Shown: one piece after another, positions 1 through 9,101 of the stretch | Position numbering within the stretch: position 1 is the first letter of the stretch | Layout of the letters: each line of letters opens with the position of its first letter | From: a virus | Taxonomy: Duplodnaviria; Caudoviricetes | Strand: one strand, 5' to 3' | Length of the DNA stretch: 39,172 nucleotides | IMG/VR virus record: IMGVR_UViG_3300006103_000528 | Span: 1 to 39,172 of that record | Made by a program: the position numbers and the translations under genes | The notes under the pieces: generated by a model | What the model saw: the letters and a program-made list of their open reading frames with translations, nothing else | Told to the model about the DNA's origin: nothing | Databases searched by the model: none

Positions 1-62
1 CAGTTAACCCAAATGATTTTGGCATTACATATGGCGCTATCACAGTAGAGAGATTGTTGTAA
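1..62 (+). CDS. 3' end of a gene truncated by the window edge (...VNPNDFGITYGAITVERLL*), probably tail-associated
   Basis: Frame 3 is open to TAA at 60-62, 1 nt before the next ATG at 64. Confidence 0.55.
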   Translation, partial: VNPNDFGITYGAITVERLL

Positions 63-63
63 T

Positions 64-1425
64 ATGGCATTAACTATTAATCCGGGCACAGTAATTAACC
101 CAGGCGTAAGTTTATACGGTTACAGGACCGATCTAATATTTTACATAAATGCCAACGATACAAGAAGTTATCCTGGCACAGGAACTACTTGGTATGATCT
201 CAGCGGGCAAGGCCATACTGTGACACTACACAATGGTGCTAGTTTTGATACAGATGGCATCAGCTTTGATTATACACAACAGCAGTACGCTGACTTCCCA
301 CCAGCTACGATGTTTACCAACAACGATATGACAGCTATCAGTTGGGTTTATATTCGCAGTTTTCCGTCCTGGAGTAGAATATTTGACTTTGGTAACGGCC
401 CTAACTCAAACGATGTACTTCTTACTCCAACCACTGGCGGAAACGGATATCCTGCTTACAGTACAACAGGAGCGGACAACATATACAGCAGTCAGCCATT
501 GACACCCAATCAATGGGTACAGCTAGTGGCAGTACAATCAGGATCAACTGGATTAATATACATTAATGGTCAACAGGTTGCCAGTGCCGCCAATGCTGGC
601 ATCGCCAATGTCACTAGAACTAATAATTACATAGGCCGCAGTAACTGGGGCAGTGATTCTTATCTAGATGGCAAAATTGCTTCTCTAAAGATCTACAACA
701 GAGCATTAACGTCTGGTGAAATATTAGACGACTTTAATACTAACAATCCTAGTTTTGTTACTAATGGACTATATGCCAACTACGATGCTAGGGCAATAAC
801 CAATACTGCTACATTCCCAGATTCAAGCGGCAACAGTCGTAATGCTACACTATTTGATAATCCTACTACTACAATATTCAATGGTACACCAGTATTACAG
901 TTGAATGGTAGCAGTCAATATTTTGCTAAAACTGATGGATACGGTTCTGATTTAGATTCAGCATTTACATTCGATGTATGGGCCTGTCCTGTAAGTGCTG
1001 GCACACCGGGAGTGCTGATTGCTGAATGGTCGCCAAATGTAGGAGGCGGCTGGCAAGATACACAAATGGGATTTACTAATGTGGATATCAGAGCAGGTGT
1101 TTACAATACTGGTGGCGCCATAGCCAAAAACACTTGGACCGCTAACACTTGGTATCATATCGTAACAACCTATGATGGGTCTATGCTTAGGACCTATGTC
1201 AACAATGTAGCAGGTGGTACTACTACAGGCGCAAAACAAAGTCCAACTGTAGCTTATAATGGTCCAACAGTTTTAAGTATGGGTATACCCTGTGCTGATT
1301 ATCTAGGTGGGACTTCAGGGTATTTTCACGGATTTATTGGTGCTTGGAAAATCTATAATAGAGCACTAACACCTACAGAAGTTACACAAAACTTCACAGC
1401 ACTCCGCGGTAGATACGGAGTGTGA
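64..1425 (+). CDS. Virion/tail-associated protein with two LamG (ConA-like lectin) domains
   Basis: Two repeats ending in GKIASLKIYNRALTSGEI and GFIGAWKIYNRALTPTEV; SYPGTGTTWYDLSG; WYHIVTTYDG..RTYVNN typical of LamG. Confidence 0.85.
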   Translation: MALTINPGTVINPGVSLYGYRTDLIFYINANDTRSYPGTGTTWYDLSGQGHTVTLHNGASFDTDGISFDYTQQQYADFPPATMFTNNDMTAISWVYIRSFPSWSRIFDFGNGPNSNDVLLTPTTGGNGYPAYSTTGADNIYSSQPLTPNQWVQLVAVQSGSTGLIYINGQQVASAANAGIANVTRTNNYIGRSNWGSDSYLDGKIASLKIYNRALTSGEILDDFNTNNPSFVTNGLYANYDARAITNTATFPDSSGNSRNATLFDNPTTTIFNGTPVLQLNGSSQYFAKTDGYGSDLDSAFTFDVWACPVSAGTPGVLIAEWSPNVGGGWQDTQMGFTNVDIRAGVYNTGGAIAKNTWTANTWYHIVTTYDGSMLRTYVNNVAGGTTTGAKQSPTVAYNGPTVLSMGIPCADYLGGTSGYFHGFIGAWKIYNRALTPTEVTQNFTALRGRYGV

Positions 1426-1427
1426 CT

Positions 1428-2057
1428 ATGAAAATACGTCCAGCTGATACCAGAGGTATGTTGATTACCAACTGGATTGTTAGTCGCAGAACATTTAGCA
1501 ATAACAGCTATTGGGATCCTAAGTATATGAATTGGGGTAACTTAAAAGTTATCAACGATGACCTACAACAGCCAGGTAATATGGTTCCTAATCATCCTCA
1601 TCGCAACTACGATATACTAGGATACCTAGTAGAAGGCGAGCTGGAACATACTGATAGTCTAGGTAATGTCAGTCGTGCTGTTCCAGGGCAAGTACAGCAC
1701 ATGTGGTGTGGCCGGGAAATATGGCACACAGAAGCCAGTGTAGGCACTGTACCGGCACGTTACTTACAACTATGGATTGAGCCTAAGGACGAATATAGGG
1801 ACACAGAACCCTACTACGAAATCATCTCAAAATCATCAGAGTTTGGACCTATTGCTGTTGACTTAAAACAAGATATGAAGGTCAGTGCTGGTATATTAAC
1901 TGATACTATTATCGTTGGTGCTAGTTATTTGTATGTTGTTAAAGGTGCTTGCTTTGTAAATGGTACTAAACTACGCGAAGGAGACGGTGCAGAGCTAGAT
2001 TCTGCTACTCTTAAACCTGTTCGTGGACCGCATTTGCTATTGTTCGAAAACCGCTAA
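1428..2057 (+). CDS. Pirin-family cupin (YhhW-like)
   Basis: LKVINDD, HPHRNYDILGYLVEGELEHTDSLGN, GQVQHM..G.EIWHTE (H,H,H,E metal ligands), LQLWI; ATG 1428 follows GGAG at 1417-1420. Confidence 0.88.
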   Translation: MKIRPADTRGMLITNWIVSRRTFSNNSYWDPKYMNWGNLKVINDDLQQPGNMVPNHPHRNYDILGYLVEGELEHTDSLGNVSRAVPGQVQHMWCGREIWHTEASVGTVPARYLQLWIEPKDEYRDTEPYYEIISKSSEFGPIAVDLKQDMKVSAGILTDTIIVGASYLYVVKGACFVNGTKLREGDGAELDSATLKPVRGPHLLLFENR

Positions 2058-2060
2058 ATA
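2054..2060 (+). promoter_or_regulatory. Putative phage late promoter (CTAAATA)
   Basis: Resembles the T4 late TATAAATA element; the motif recurs 18-47 nt upstream of several structural genes. Confidence 0.6.
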
Positions 2061-2078
2061 TACTAAAGAGAGCGGAAT

Positions 2079-2549
2079 ATGACTATTCAAACAATTAACT
2101 TAGGATCTTACGCTAACGACGGCACAGGCGATGATTTACGCACGGCTTTTACCAAAGCTAATAATAACTTTACGTTTTTATCGGGACAAATTGCCGGTAT
2201 AAATGGTCAAAATATTGGTACTGGTGCAGGCTTATTTTCTGTAGATTCTAATGGTGTTCTACAGTTTAAAACTATAACAGGTAGTGGCGGTGTTACTGTT
2301 ACATCTACATCAAATACCGTTAATATCAATGTGTCTTCTAGCGTACAAGGCGATGCAAATCCACAGTTAGGTGGCAATTTAGTTCTAAACGGACATAACA
2401 TTGTAGGTACCGGAGATGTTGAAACTACTGTTTGGGGTATTGATATTCGTGCATTGAACAATCAAGTACAAACAATTTTAAGCGGCACTATTGGCGATCA
2501 AGGCACATTTACTAGTCCGCAAGGAACATACGATTTAGGAACCTTTTAA
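2079..2549 (+). CDS. Baseplate/tail-fibre-associated protein
   Basis: N-terminal INLGSYANDGTGDDLRTAFTKANNNF motif of T4 gp9/gp10-like proteins; DANPQLGGNLVLNGHNI fibre motif. Confidence 0.75.
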   Translation: MTIQTINLGSYANDGTGDDLRTAFTKANNNFTFLSGQIAGINGQNIGTGAGLFSVDSNGVLQFKTITGSGGVTVTSTSNTVNINVSSSVQGDANPQLGGNLVLNGHNIVGTGDVETTVWGIDIRALNNQVQTILSGTIGDQGTFTSPQGTYDLGTF

Positions 2550-2563
2550 GGTAGGAGAATAGA

Positions 2564-4090
2564 ATGACATTACAAATAAGAAGAGGGACGAACAGTCAAC
2601 GAACTACAATTACTCCTGCAGAAGGTGAATTACTCTACACAACTGATACTAATTTGTTGTATGTTGGAGGCAAGACTGGTGGCACTGGTAGTTTATTAGC
2701 CGGCGGAATCCCTGTTGCTCCTGTACAAACAGTTAACGGTCAAAGCGGCAATGTTGCCTTAACTACTGACAACGTTAATGAAGGAACTTACAATTCCTAT
2801 TTTACAACCAATCGAGCACGAGATGCTGCCGCGGCGTTGTTAACAAGCTCATCTGCACACGGAATTGTGTTTAGCTATTCAGCTCAACGTATAATAACTG
2901 CTACTGTGAATAATGTCCTGACTGGTGGTATCAGTGCAAGTTACGGATCACCACTTGCGTATTATGCAACAGCAGGTCAAGTATTAAGTCCATCTGCTAG
3001 CGTATTTTGGGACGACAATATCAATCGAATGGCTGTAAGAAACGGTACGTATTCTGTTGTCAACGACACCCTAATCGGTGCACCTCAAATACAATTAGAC
3101 ACATATAATTCAACAGTAGGTACAAACAATACTCAAACATTTAGAAGAGCTCGAGGAACTATCGCTTCGCCACTGACCATGGTAGTTGGCGATACGATTG
3201 GTATGTACCAATATTGGGCGCATGACGGAACTAACTTTGTACTAGCTGGCAGTATGTATGGAGGTGTTGCGTCAACTGTTAGCACTGGCGTTGCTCCAGG
3301 ATTGCTAAGTTTTAGTACATCTGGCACTACAGGCGGGGATCAAACTCGTGTTCGTATTGACTTCACTGGTCGATTGATTGTTGGGCCTTACCTAAGCTCA
3401 GACACTACTAGTGGCGGTATCACAGTAAGACAAACAACCACTGGGCAGACTAATAGTACATTAGCTGTTAGAAATTATTATACCGATGCATATGGACCAA
3501 ACGTTAAGTTTGAAAAATTTCGAGGAACATTTGCATCATGGACTCCAGTTATATTTGCTGATAATTTAATGAGTCTTAAAGCAGGCGGTGCAACATTATC
3601 CGGCGCAACTGCTAGCACAACTGGAGTTGCTATTGCGGCCCAAATTGATGCTGTTGTCGACGGTGCCGTTAGCTCAGGTATAATACCAGGCGCATTAATT
3701 TTTAGTGTAACCAATTCTTCAGGAACACTAAAACAAGTTATTAAAATTGGCAACGACAGCACTATAATACATAGTGGTACTATAACAACTACTAGCGCAC
3801 CTGGCACTATTTGGAACTACGATAGTTCAAATGCTACTGTAACTTTATCTATCGGTGGAACTGTAGCGTTTGCTAGTTTCTCAGGAAGCATATTAGTTAA
3901 TTGCTACAATTCAGGAACTGTAACACAGTACCTATGTGGTGGCGGAACAACTCCTACTGCAATTGGTTCTTCAAAAGGATCTGCTACAGGCACTATGGCA
4001 AGTACTTCAGGCATTAGCGGATACACATTTACAGCTACAGAAGCAGGCGTACATAGTTTTTATGTAATTAGAACACGTGCTGGTGCGTAA
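2564..4090 (+). CDS. Tail fibre protein with Mtd_N/hyaluronidase-like N-terminus
   Basis: LQIRRGT...PAEGELLYTTDTNLLYVG; VQTVNGQSGNVALTTDNVNEG; two internal repeats (FRRARGT / FEKFRGT...VSSGIIPGAL); RBS AGGAG. Confidence 0.8.
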   Translation: MTLQIRRGTNSQRTTITPAEGELLYTTDTNLLYVGGKTGGTGSLLAGGIPVAPVQTVNGQSGNVALTTDNVNEGTYNSYFTTNRARDAAAALLTSSSAHGIVFSYSAQRIITATVNNVLTGGISASYGSPLAYYATAGQVLSPSASVFWDDNINRMAVRNGTYSVVNDTLIGAPQIQLDTYNSTVGTNNTQTFRRARGTIASPLTMVVGDTIGMYQYWAHDGTNFVLAGSMYGGVASTVSTGVAPGLLSFSTSGTTGGDQTRVRIDFTGRLIVGPYLSSDTTSGGITVRQTTTGQTNSTLAVRNYYTDAYGPNVKFEKFRGTFASWTPVIFADNLMSLKAGGATLSGATASTTGVAIAAQIDAVVDGAVSSGIIPGALIFSVTNSSGTLKQVIKIGNDSTIIHSGTITTTSAPGTIWNYDSSNATVTLSIGGTVAFASFSGSILVNCYNSGTVTQYLCGGGTTPTAIGSSKGSATGTMASTSGISGYTFTATEAGVHSFYVIRTRAGA

Positions 4091-4099
4091 GGAATACTA

Positions 4100-6688
4100 A
4101 TGTCGTTAGCAGTCTGGACTCAACCTACTGGTTATAGTTTAGGAAGTTTTCCTGAAAGCGTATCTATCAGCTACGCACTACCAGTATCTAACAGTTCTGG
4201 GATTACATTTCATGTAATCTCAGGAGCACTACCAGGCGGGTTAAGAATTGACGGATCTAGTATATTAGGATCCCCATACATTGTTAGCAATGATACAATT
4301 TATAAATTTTGTATTAGAGCCACTGACGGCACAAGTATTTCTGATAGAACATTCACTATGACTATTACCGGGTCTAATGTACCGGTATTTGTAACTGCGG
4401 CTGGGGCATTACCAATTGGAATTCATCAGCAGTTGTACGTTTTAGATGACACCCATGTTGATTATCAAATTGAAGCATTTGACTTAAACACTGTAGTCGG
4501 AAGTAAACTAACATACTTTATAGCCAGTGACGATGGATTATTACCTAAAGGTCTTACCTTATCAAGTTCAGGACGTATTACAGGTTTTATTCAACCAATT
4601 TATAAAATAACAGCAGTTGACGGATCAGGAACTTATGACGATGGGTACTACGATGCAGTAGCATTTGATTTTGGAACAACTTCGAACGACGGTTTTGACA
4701 GTTATCAATATGACGATGTATTTTACGACTACAACAGCCCGTTGCATCCTCCAAATAGTATAAATGCTAATTATCAATTTCGAGTTACACTAACAGATGG
4801 CGTAAATTATTCTCAACGAATATTTAAAATATTTGTTGTAGGAACTGATCAGTTCCGTGCAGACTCAACAACTTTAGATGGCGGTGCTAGTGGGTTTACT
4901 GCTGATGCTACTTATTTGCGTGAACCAGTTTGGATTAATGATTCAAACTTAGGAGTGTTTAGAGCAAATAACTATATAACTTTACCTATTGTGTTGTATG
5001 ATAATAAAAATGTTATTTTTAGTCTATCTTCTACAAATCAAGAAGTAAGAGCAATTACAAGACAAATAACTAATTTAGACAACATTATCGGAAGCCATAG
5101 TCTAACGGTAACTTCTGCATCAAGTGCGCCGGTAGTTGGGCATTGGATTAATTTTGAAAACTACATACCAAATGCATCAGGTGACCTGTATCAAATTGCA
5201 GTTGTAGCAGACTTAGGCGGCGGCGCTTATCGACTAACATTGTCTACAGGGTTACTAATGACGTTGCCTGAAATGATTCCATTTTATATGGGATCATTAA
5301 GTACACTTCCTCCAGGTACTAATTTTGATGTAGGCACTGGAGAAATCTTTGGTATAGTTCCATATCAACCTGCTATTAGTAAAACGTATACATTCACCCT
5401 TGTAGCTAATAGATTCGGAGATAAGGGCGATACTACTACTGCATACAAAACATTTACAGTTACAATCATTGGAGAAATTGACAGTACTGTTATATGGAAC
5501 ACTGATAGTGTATTAGAAACTCTGCATGCCGACTATTATTCAACATTAAATATTAATGCTGTATCATCAGTACCTAATTCAATTGTTATCTATAATATAA
5601 TAGACGGAGCATTGCCTCCTGGGTTAACTTTAAATCTCGATGGTGAAATTATTGGGAAGGTAAATCAATACTATAACTCGTTAAGTGGTCAGCTTGGATT
5701 AATTAGATTCGACACAAGTAATACTACGTTCGACGGCGGTGCTACTACATTTGATCATACATATACATTTACAGTACAAGCTCAGGACCAGTATGGTTAT
5801 AGTTCAAGCACTAGAACATTTACGCTAACCATTGATACTCCTAACACAACCGCTTATAGTAATATTAGTGTACGTCCATTCTTAAAGACTAACCAACGAG
5901 CAATTTGGAAGGGATTTATTAACGACTCATCTATTTTTACACCTAGTAGCATTTATAGAATAAACGATCCAACATTTGGAATACAATCTAATCTATCTAT
6001 GCTAGTTTATGGTGGCATCGAAACCAAAGAGGCGGCAGCTTATATAGGTGCAATGGGACTAAATCATAAGCGTAAAAGATTCCAGTTTGGTTCTGTAGCT
6101 AAATCAATTGCTGTTGATCCAGCGACTGGCGTAGAACTTTACGAAGTCATATATGTAAACATGGTTGATCCGTTGAGTCCGGCTGTTGGAATTCTTCCAA
6201 ACAAAATAGTTAATAAGGTTGGTATATCTTCTAATACTATAACTGTTGACAGCAGTACGAATTTCTGGAATAATTCAACAAATGTGTTAAACTTAGATGC
6301 TCCAACTTCAGTACGTCCAGAGCCAATCATAACTGCAGATAGCACAGGATTTGAAGTTTCAAATCCTAACCCTAATACTGTATTCCCTAATAGTGTTACT
6401 AACTGGCAGTCTAGGCTTGCTGGTGTAGGACTAACTGAACGTAATTATTTGCCGCTGTGGATGAGAACTATTCAAACAGGACAAAAACAAGAACAAGGAT
6501 ATACCCTAGCTATCCCTATTTGCTTTTGTAAAGTAGGCACTGCTAACGACATTTTACTAAACATTAAATTTAGTAAATTCGATTTTACAGCCTTAGATTA
6601 TACCGTAGACAGATACACAATAGATTCTGTCAGTGGTTATCTAGGCGATAAATACCTTATATTTAGAAACGATAGGATAACTGTATGA
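4100..6688 (+). CDS. Large virion structural protein with Ig-like repeats (baseplate region)
   Basis: Repeated GALPGGL / GLLPKGLTL / TLPPGT / GALPPGLTL..GEI.G and YTFTV..RTFTL Ig-like (He_PIG-type) signatures; RBS AAGGA. Confidence 0.75.
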   Translation: MSLAVWTQPTGYSLGSFPESVSISYALPVSNSSGITFHVISGALPGGLRIDGSSILGSPYIVSNDTIYKFCIRATDGTSISDRTFTMTITGSNVPVFVTAAGALPIGIHQQLYVLDDTHVDYQIEAFDLNTVVGSKLTYFIASDDGLLPKGLTLSSSGRITGFIQPIYKITAVDGSGTYDDGYYDAVAFDFGTTSNDGFDSYQYDDVFYDYNSPLHPPNSINANYQFRVTLTDGVNYSQRIFKIFVVGTDQFRADSTTLDGGASGFTADATYLREPVWINDSNLGVFRANNYITLPIVLYDNKNVIFSLSSTNQEVRAITRQITNLDNIIGSHSLTVTSASSAPVVGHWINFENYIPNASGDLYQIAVVADLGGGAYRLTLSTGLLMTLPEMIPFYMGSLSTLPPGTNFDVGTGEIFGIVPYQPAISKTYTFTLVANRFGDKGDTTTAYKTFTVTIIGEIDSTVIWNTDSVLETLHADYYSTLNINAVSSVPNSIVIYNIIDGALPPGLTLNLDGEIIGKVNQYYNSLSGQLGLIRFDTSNTTFDGGATTFDHTYTFTVQAQDQYGYSSSTRTFTLTIDTPNTTAYSNISVRPFLKTNQRAIWKGFINDSSIFTPSSIYRINDPTFGIQSNLSMLVYGGIETKEAAAYIGAMGLNHKRKRFQFGSVAKSIAVDPATGVELYEVIYVNMVDPLSPAVGILPNKIVNKVGISSNTITVDSSTNFWNNSTNVLNLDAPTSVRPEPIITADSTGFEVSNPNPNTVFPNSVTNWQSRLAGVGLTERNYLPLWMRTIQTGQKQEQGYTLAIPICFCKVGTANDILLNIKFSKFDFTALDYTVDRYTIDSVSGYLGDKYLIFRNDRITV
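6648..6654 (+). promoter_or_regulatory. Putative late promoter (ATAAATA)
   Basis: GCGATAAATAC is identical to the element at 19972-19982; 30 nt before ATG 6685. Confidence 0.5.
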
Positions 6689-7272
6689 CAAGCCAAATAA
6701 ATTATATCTCAATTAACACAACTTACCCTGTAGCAGGACAAGACAACGACAGCCAAGGATTTAGAAATAATTTTACAGCAATCGCCACAGGTTTAGGAGT
6801 AGCTAAATCTGAAATTACTGCGCTACAGACTAACGCATTATTGGCTTCCGATTTAGCTACTAGCTCAACTCCTGTAATAAACAATCTATTACAAAGCTCA
6901 ATTACTAACGGCACATATAATCAATTCTATAGTTTATATTACCCAGGCGGAACAGTATCAACTACTGCAAACATTAGTCTATTAAACGGTGGAATTCAAA
7001 GTTTTACACTTTCAGGCAATGCTACCTTAACTTTCACTAACTGGCCAGCAAGTGGTCAATACGGAATCGTTAAAGTTATCCTAAAGGGTGATACTATTGC
7101 TATTAGAACGCCTGTCCTTGCTACTGCTAATGGTGGTGTTGTACACTATGCAACTGGATTTGCTAATCCATTTAATGTGGGTTCTATTGGATCAACAAAA
7201 TTAGAAGTCCTTGAAGCATGGACTATTGATGGCGGATCTAATGTATATGTTAAACTGAGCGGTGAATATTAA
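6685..7272 (+). CDS. Virion structural protein
   Basis: N-terminal YPVAGQDNDSQGFRNNF..I...L..AKSEITALQ; beta-rich C-terminus; ATGA overlap with the upstream gene. Confidence 0.65.
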   Translation: MTSQINYISINTTYPVAGQDNDSQGFRNNFTAIATGLGVAKSEITALQTNALLASDLATSSTPVINNLLQSSITNGTYNQFYSLYYPGGTVSTTANISLLNGGIQSFTLSGNATLTFTNWPASGQYGIVKVILKGDTIAIRTPVLATANGGVVHYATGFANPFNVGSIGSTKLEVLEAWTIDGGSNVYVKLSGEY

Positions 7273-7273
7273 G

Positions 7274-7504
7274 ATGCACCCGTTGGTTGAAAATTTAAGT
7301 AATATTAAAGATGCTGAGTTAGAAAACAAAATTAGTGAGCTAACTAGAAAATACTTTATGACTCCAAACTCGGGAGTTAAAGCTCAAATATCTAGTATCC
7401 TAGATACGTATAAAGAAGAATTGGGCAAAAGAAAAGCCGCTGAATACGATAAAATGATGAATAATCGAGACAAAGGGCTTGACAAGTTAATTAATATCAA
7501 TTAA
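7274..7504 (+). CDS. Hypothetical helical protein (76 aa)
   Basis: ATG 1 nt after the upstream stop; fills the gap. Confidence 0.65.
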   Translation: MHPLVENLSNIKDAELENKISELTRKYFMTPNSGVKAQISSILDTYKEELGKRKAAEYDKMMNNRDKGLDKLININ

Positions 7505-7507
7505 ACT
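7479..7507 (+). promoter_or_regulatory. Sigma70-type promoter
   Basis: TTGACA(7479)-17 nt-TAAACT(7502). Confidence 0.6.
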
Positions 7508-7514
7508 GTAGTCT

Positions 7515-8021
7515 ATGTACTTAGACAAATATAATAATCCAGTTTTTAATGAGCAAGATATTTTTGATGCTATCTATCAAGGACATCAATTTAATGTCAA
7601 CGACACTATGCTTGTTGAACGAACTGATAGTGTAAAAGGTTTAGAAAAAGTTGTCGGGTTTAAATTCCTTGAACCGTACGAAACTTATTTCAATCAAGAA
7701 GACTACGATAAGGCATGCCAATCTAATTGGCTAATGCCCGAAGAATACAAAAATTTAGATATCGAAAATTTTGTGTACTCAAAATGTCTAACTCAAATTT
7801 CCACAGTTAGAGCTATGGAAGAAATGGCTGAATACAAATCTAGGAATATGCTAGATCTATTACGCTGGCTAAAATACTTTGTTGATACTTGCGAAGCTAA
7901 CAACATTGTTAGAGGTGTAGGACGTGGATCAAGTGTAGCTAGTTACGTGCTGTACGTTTTAGGTGTTCATAGCATAGATAGCTTAAAATATAATTTAGAC
8001 TGGCACGAATTCCTGAGATAA
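7515..8021 (+). CDS. DNA polymerase III alpha (DnaE)-like fragment, 168 aa
   Basis: GVGRGSSVASYVLYVLGVHSIDSLKYNLDWHEFLR matches the DnaE G.GRGS...LVAY.LGIT.IDP..Y.L.FERFL motif; the ORF stops before the PDID catalytic motif. Confidence 0.8.
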   Translation: MYLDKYNNPVFNEQDIFDAIYQGHQFNVNDTMLVERTDSVKGLEKVVGFKFLEPYETYFNQEDYDKACQSNWLMPEEYKNLDIENFVYSKCLTQISTVRAMEEMAEYKSRNMLDLLRWLKYFVDTCEANNIVRGVGRGSSVASYVLYVLGVHSIDSLKYNLDWHEFLR

Positions 8022-8024
8022 GTA
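8018..8024 (+). promoter_or_regulatory. Putative late-promoter variant (ATAAGTA)
   Basis: One mismatch to TAAATA; 23 nt before ATG 8048, which has RBS AGGAG. Confidence 0.35.
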
Positions 8025-8047
8025 CTAACATAATCTAGGAGATTAAT

Positions 8048-8377
8048 ATGGCTCAAAAAGACGCACCACAAACTATGCATCGCAGTATGCAGGGCAAATT
8101 AGTTGATATGAACAAACTAATGAACCAAAACGAAATGACTATTGCTGTTGGCAATATGAATGTTAACGCCCGCGGGGACAAACTTGGGCCTGGCGGTACT
8201 ATTATTGCTAAACGTGAGCAACTACAAGCAGGTAGCACTGGTATTCCTGATCAAATCAATGTACGTGCAACCGAAGTTCCTGCTCCTGCACCAGTAGTAA
8301 CACCCACACCGGTATCACCAGTAACTGCGTTACCTGTAAAAAATGTCGTTGACATGGACCCTGAAGGGAAAGAATAA
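8048..8377 (+). CDS. Hypothetical protein with Pro/Val/Thr-rich tail
   Basis: ORF with strong RBS AGGAG; TAATG-coupled to groES. Confidence 0.75.
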   Translation: MAQKDAPQTMHRSMQGKLVDMNKLMNQNEMTIAVGNMNVNARGDKLGPGGTIIAKREQLQAGSTGIPDQINVRATEVPAPAPVVTPTPVSPVTALPVKNVVDMDPEGKE

Positions 8378-8769
8378 TGGCTGTTTACGGAACAATTATT
8401 CCAATACGTGATAATGTGTTTGTCACAGATATGAATTTTGACGAACAAATTTCTGCAGGGGGAATTTATATCCCCAGTGACGATGGTAAAGATTCAGGAA
8501 TTAAACCAAGATGGGGACGAGTCTACGCTATTGGCAAGGACCAACAAGATGTTAAAGTTGGCGAGTGGATTCTAATGGAACACGGTCGTTGGACTAGAGC
8601 TATTGAAATAGTCGAACCCGACGGTACCAAACGTAAAATTCATCGAGTTGACATCAAGTGCATGCTAATGAGTTCTGATGAAAAACCTAGTGAAATCTCA
8701 TTCGGCTTATCGGCTATCGACCTAAGTCCTCCAGAATTTGATTTCCGCCCACCTTCAGCTGGTCTTTAA
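8377..8769 (+). CDS. groES: Co-chaperonin GroES-like (Cpn10)
   Basis: PIRDNVFV....EQISAGGIYIP...GRVYAIG....DVKVGEWIL matches the Cpn10 pattern. Confidence 0.85.
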   Translation: MAVYGTIIPIRDNVFVTDMNFDEQISAGGIYIPSDDGKDSGIKPRWGRVYAIGKDQQDVKVGEWILMEHGRWTRAIEIVEPDGTKRKIHRVDIKCMLMSSDEKPSEISFGLSAIDLSPPEFDFRPPSAGL

Positions 8770-8779
8770 TCATTTGAGT

Positions 8780-8818
8780 ATCAGGATCCTTGACAGATCC
8801 TGATTTCTCCTTTATACT
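8780..8818 (+). promoter_or_regulatory. Sigma70 promoter whose -35 lies in the loop of a 9-bp perfect inverted repeat (possible terminator or operator)
   Basis: ATCAGGATC-CTTGACA-GATCCTGAT; TTGACA(8790)-17-TATACT(8813). Confidence 0.75.
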
Positions 8819-8837
8819 ACACAAAAGGAGATTTCAA

Positions 8838-9101
8838 ATGAGCACACATGGCGAAGCAGTACAAGATATTAAAAAAGCAAAAGAAGTATTAGATTCTGTT
8901 ACTACACCGGAAACTAATCCAGTATCGCATCCAGATCCAAAAAAACATTTATATATCAGCTTAGTTAAAAGCGGATTTAGAATTGCCGCTGGTCTAGCAC
9001 TTGCAGGTGGTGGTTGGTTAGAGATGAATCCCTATTTACAAGGTGCAGGACTTGTGTTAGTATTAGCAGAAATTTTAGGCATTGCCGAGGAATTAGTATG
9101 A
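8838..9101 (+). CDS. Small membrane protein (87 aa)
   Basis: RBS AAGGAG; two hydrophobic C-terminal segments. Confidence 0.7.
   Translation: MSTHGEAVQDIKKAKEVLDSVTTPETNPVSHPDPKKHLYISLVKSGFRIAAGLALAGGGWLEMNPYLQGAGLVLVLAEILGIAEELV

Noticed and set aside
2564-4090. Diversity-generating retroelement target suggested by the Mtd-like N-terminus
   Set aside because: No reverse transcriptase and no template/variable repeat pair visible in the window
8790-9097. Extended N-termini in the track (8790, 9014; likewise 7262, 12923, 27146, 32062, 32947, 36738)
   Set aside because: They overlap promoters or upstream genes; downstream ATGs have an SD, translational coupling or family-typical starts
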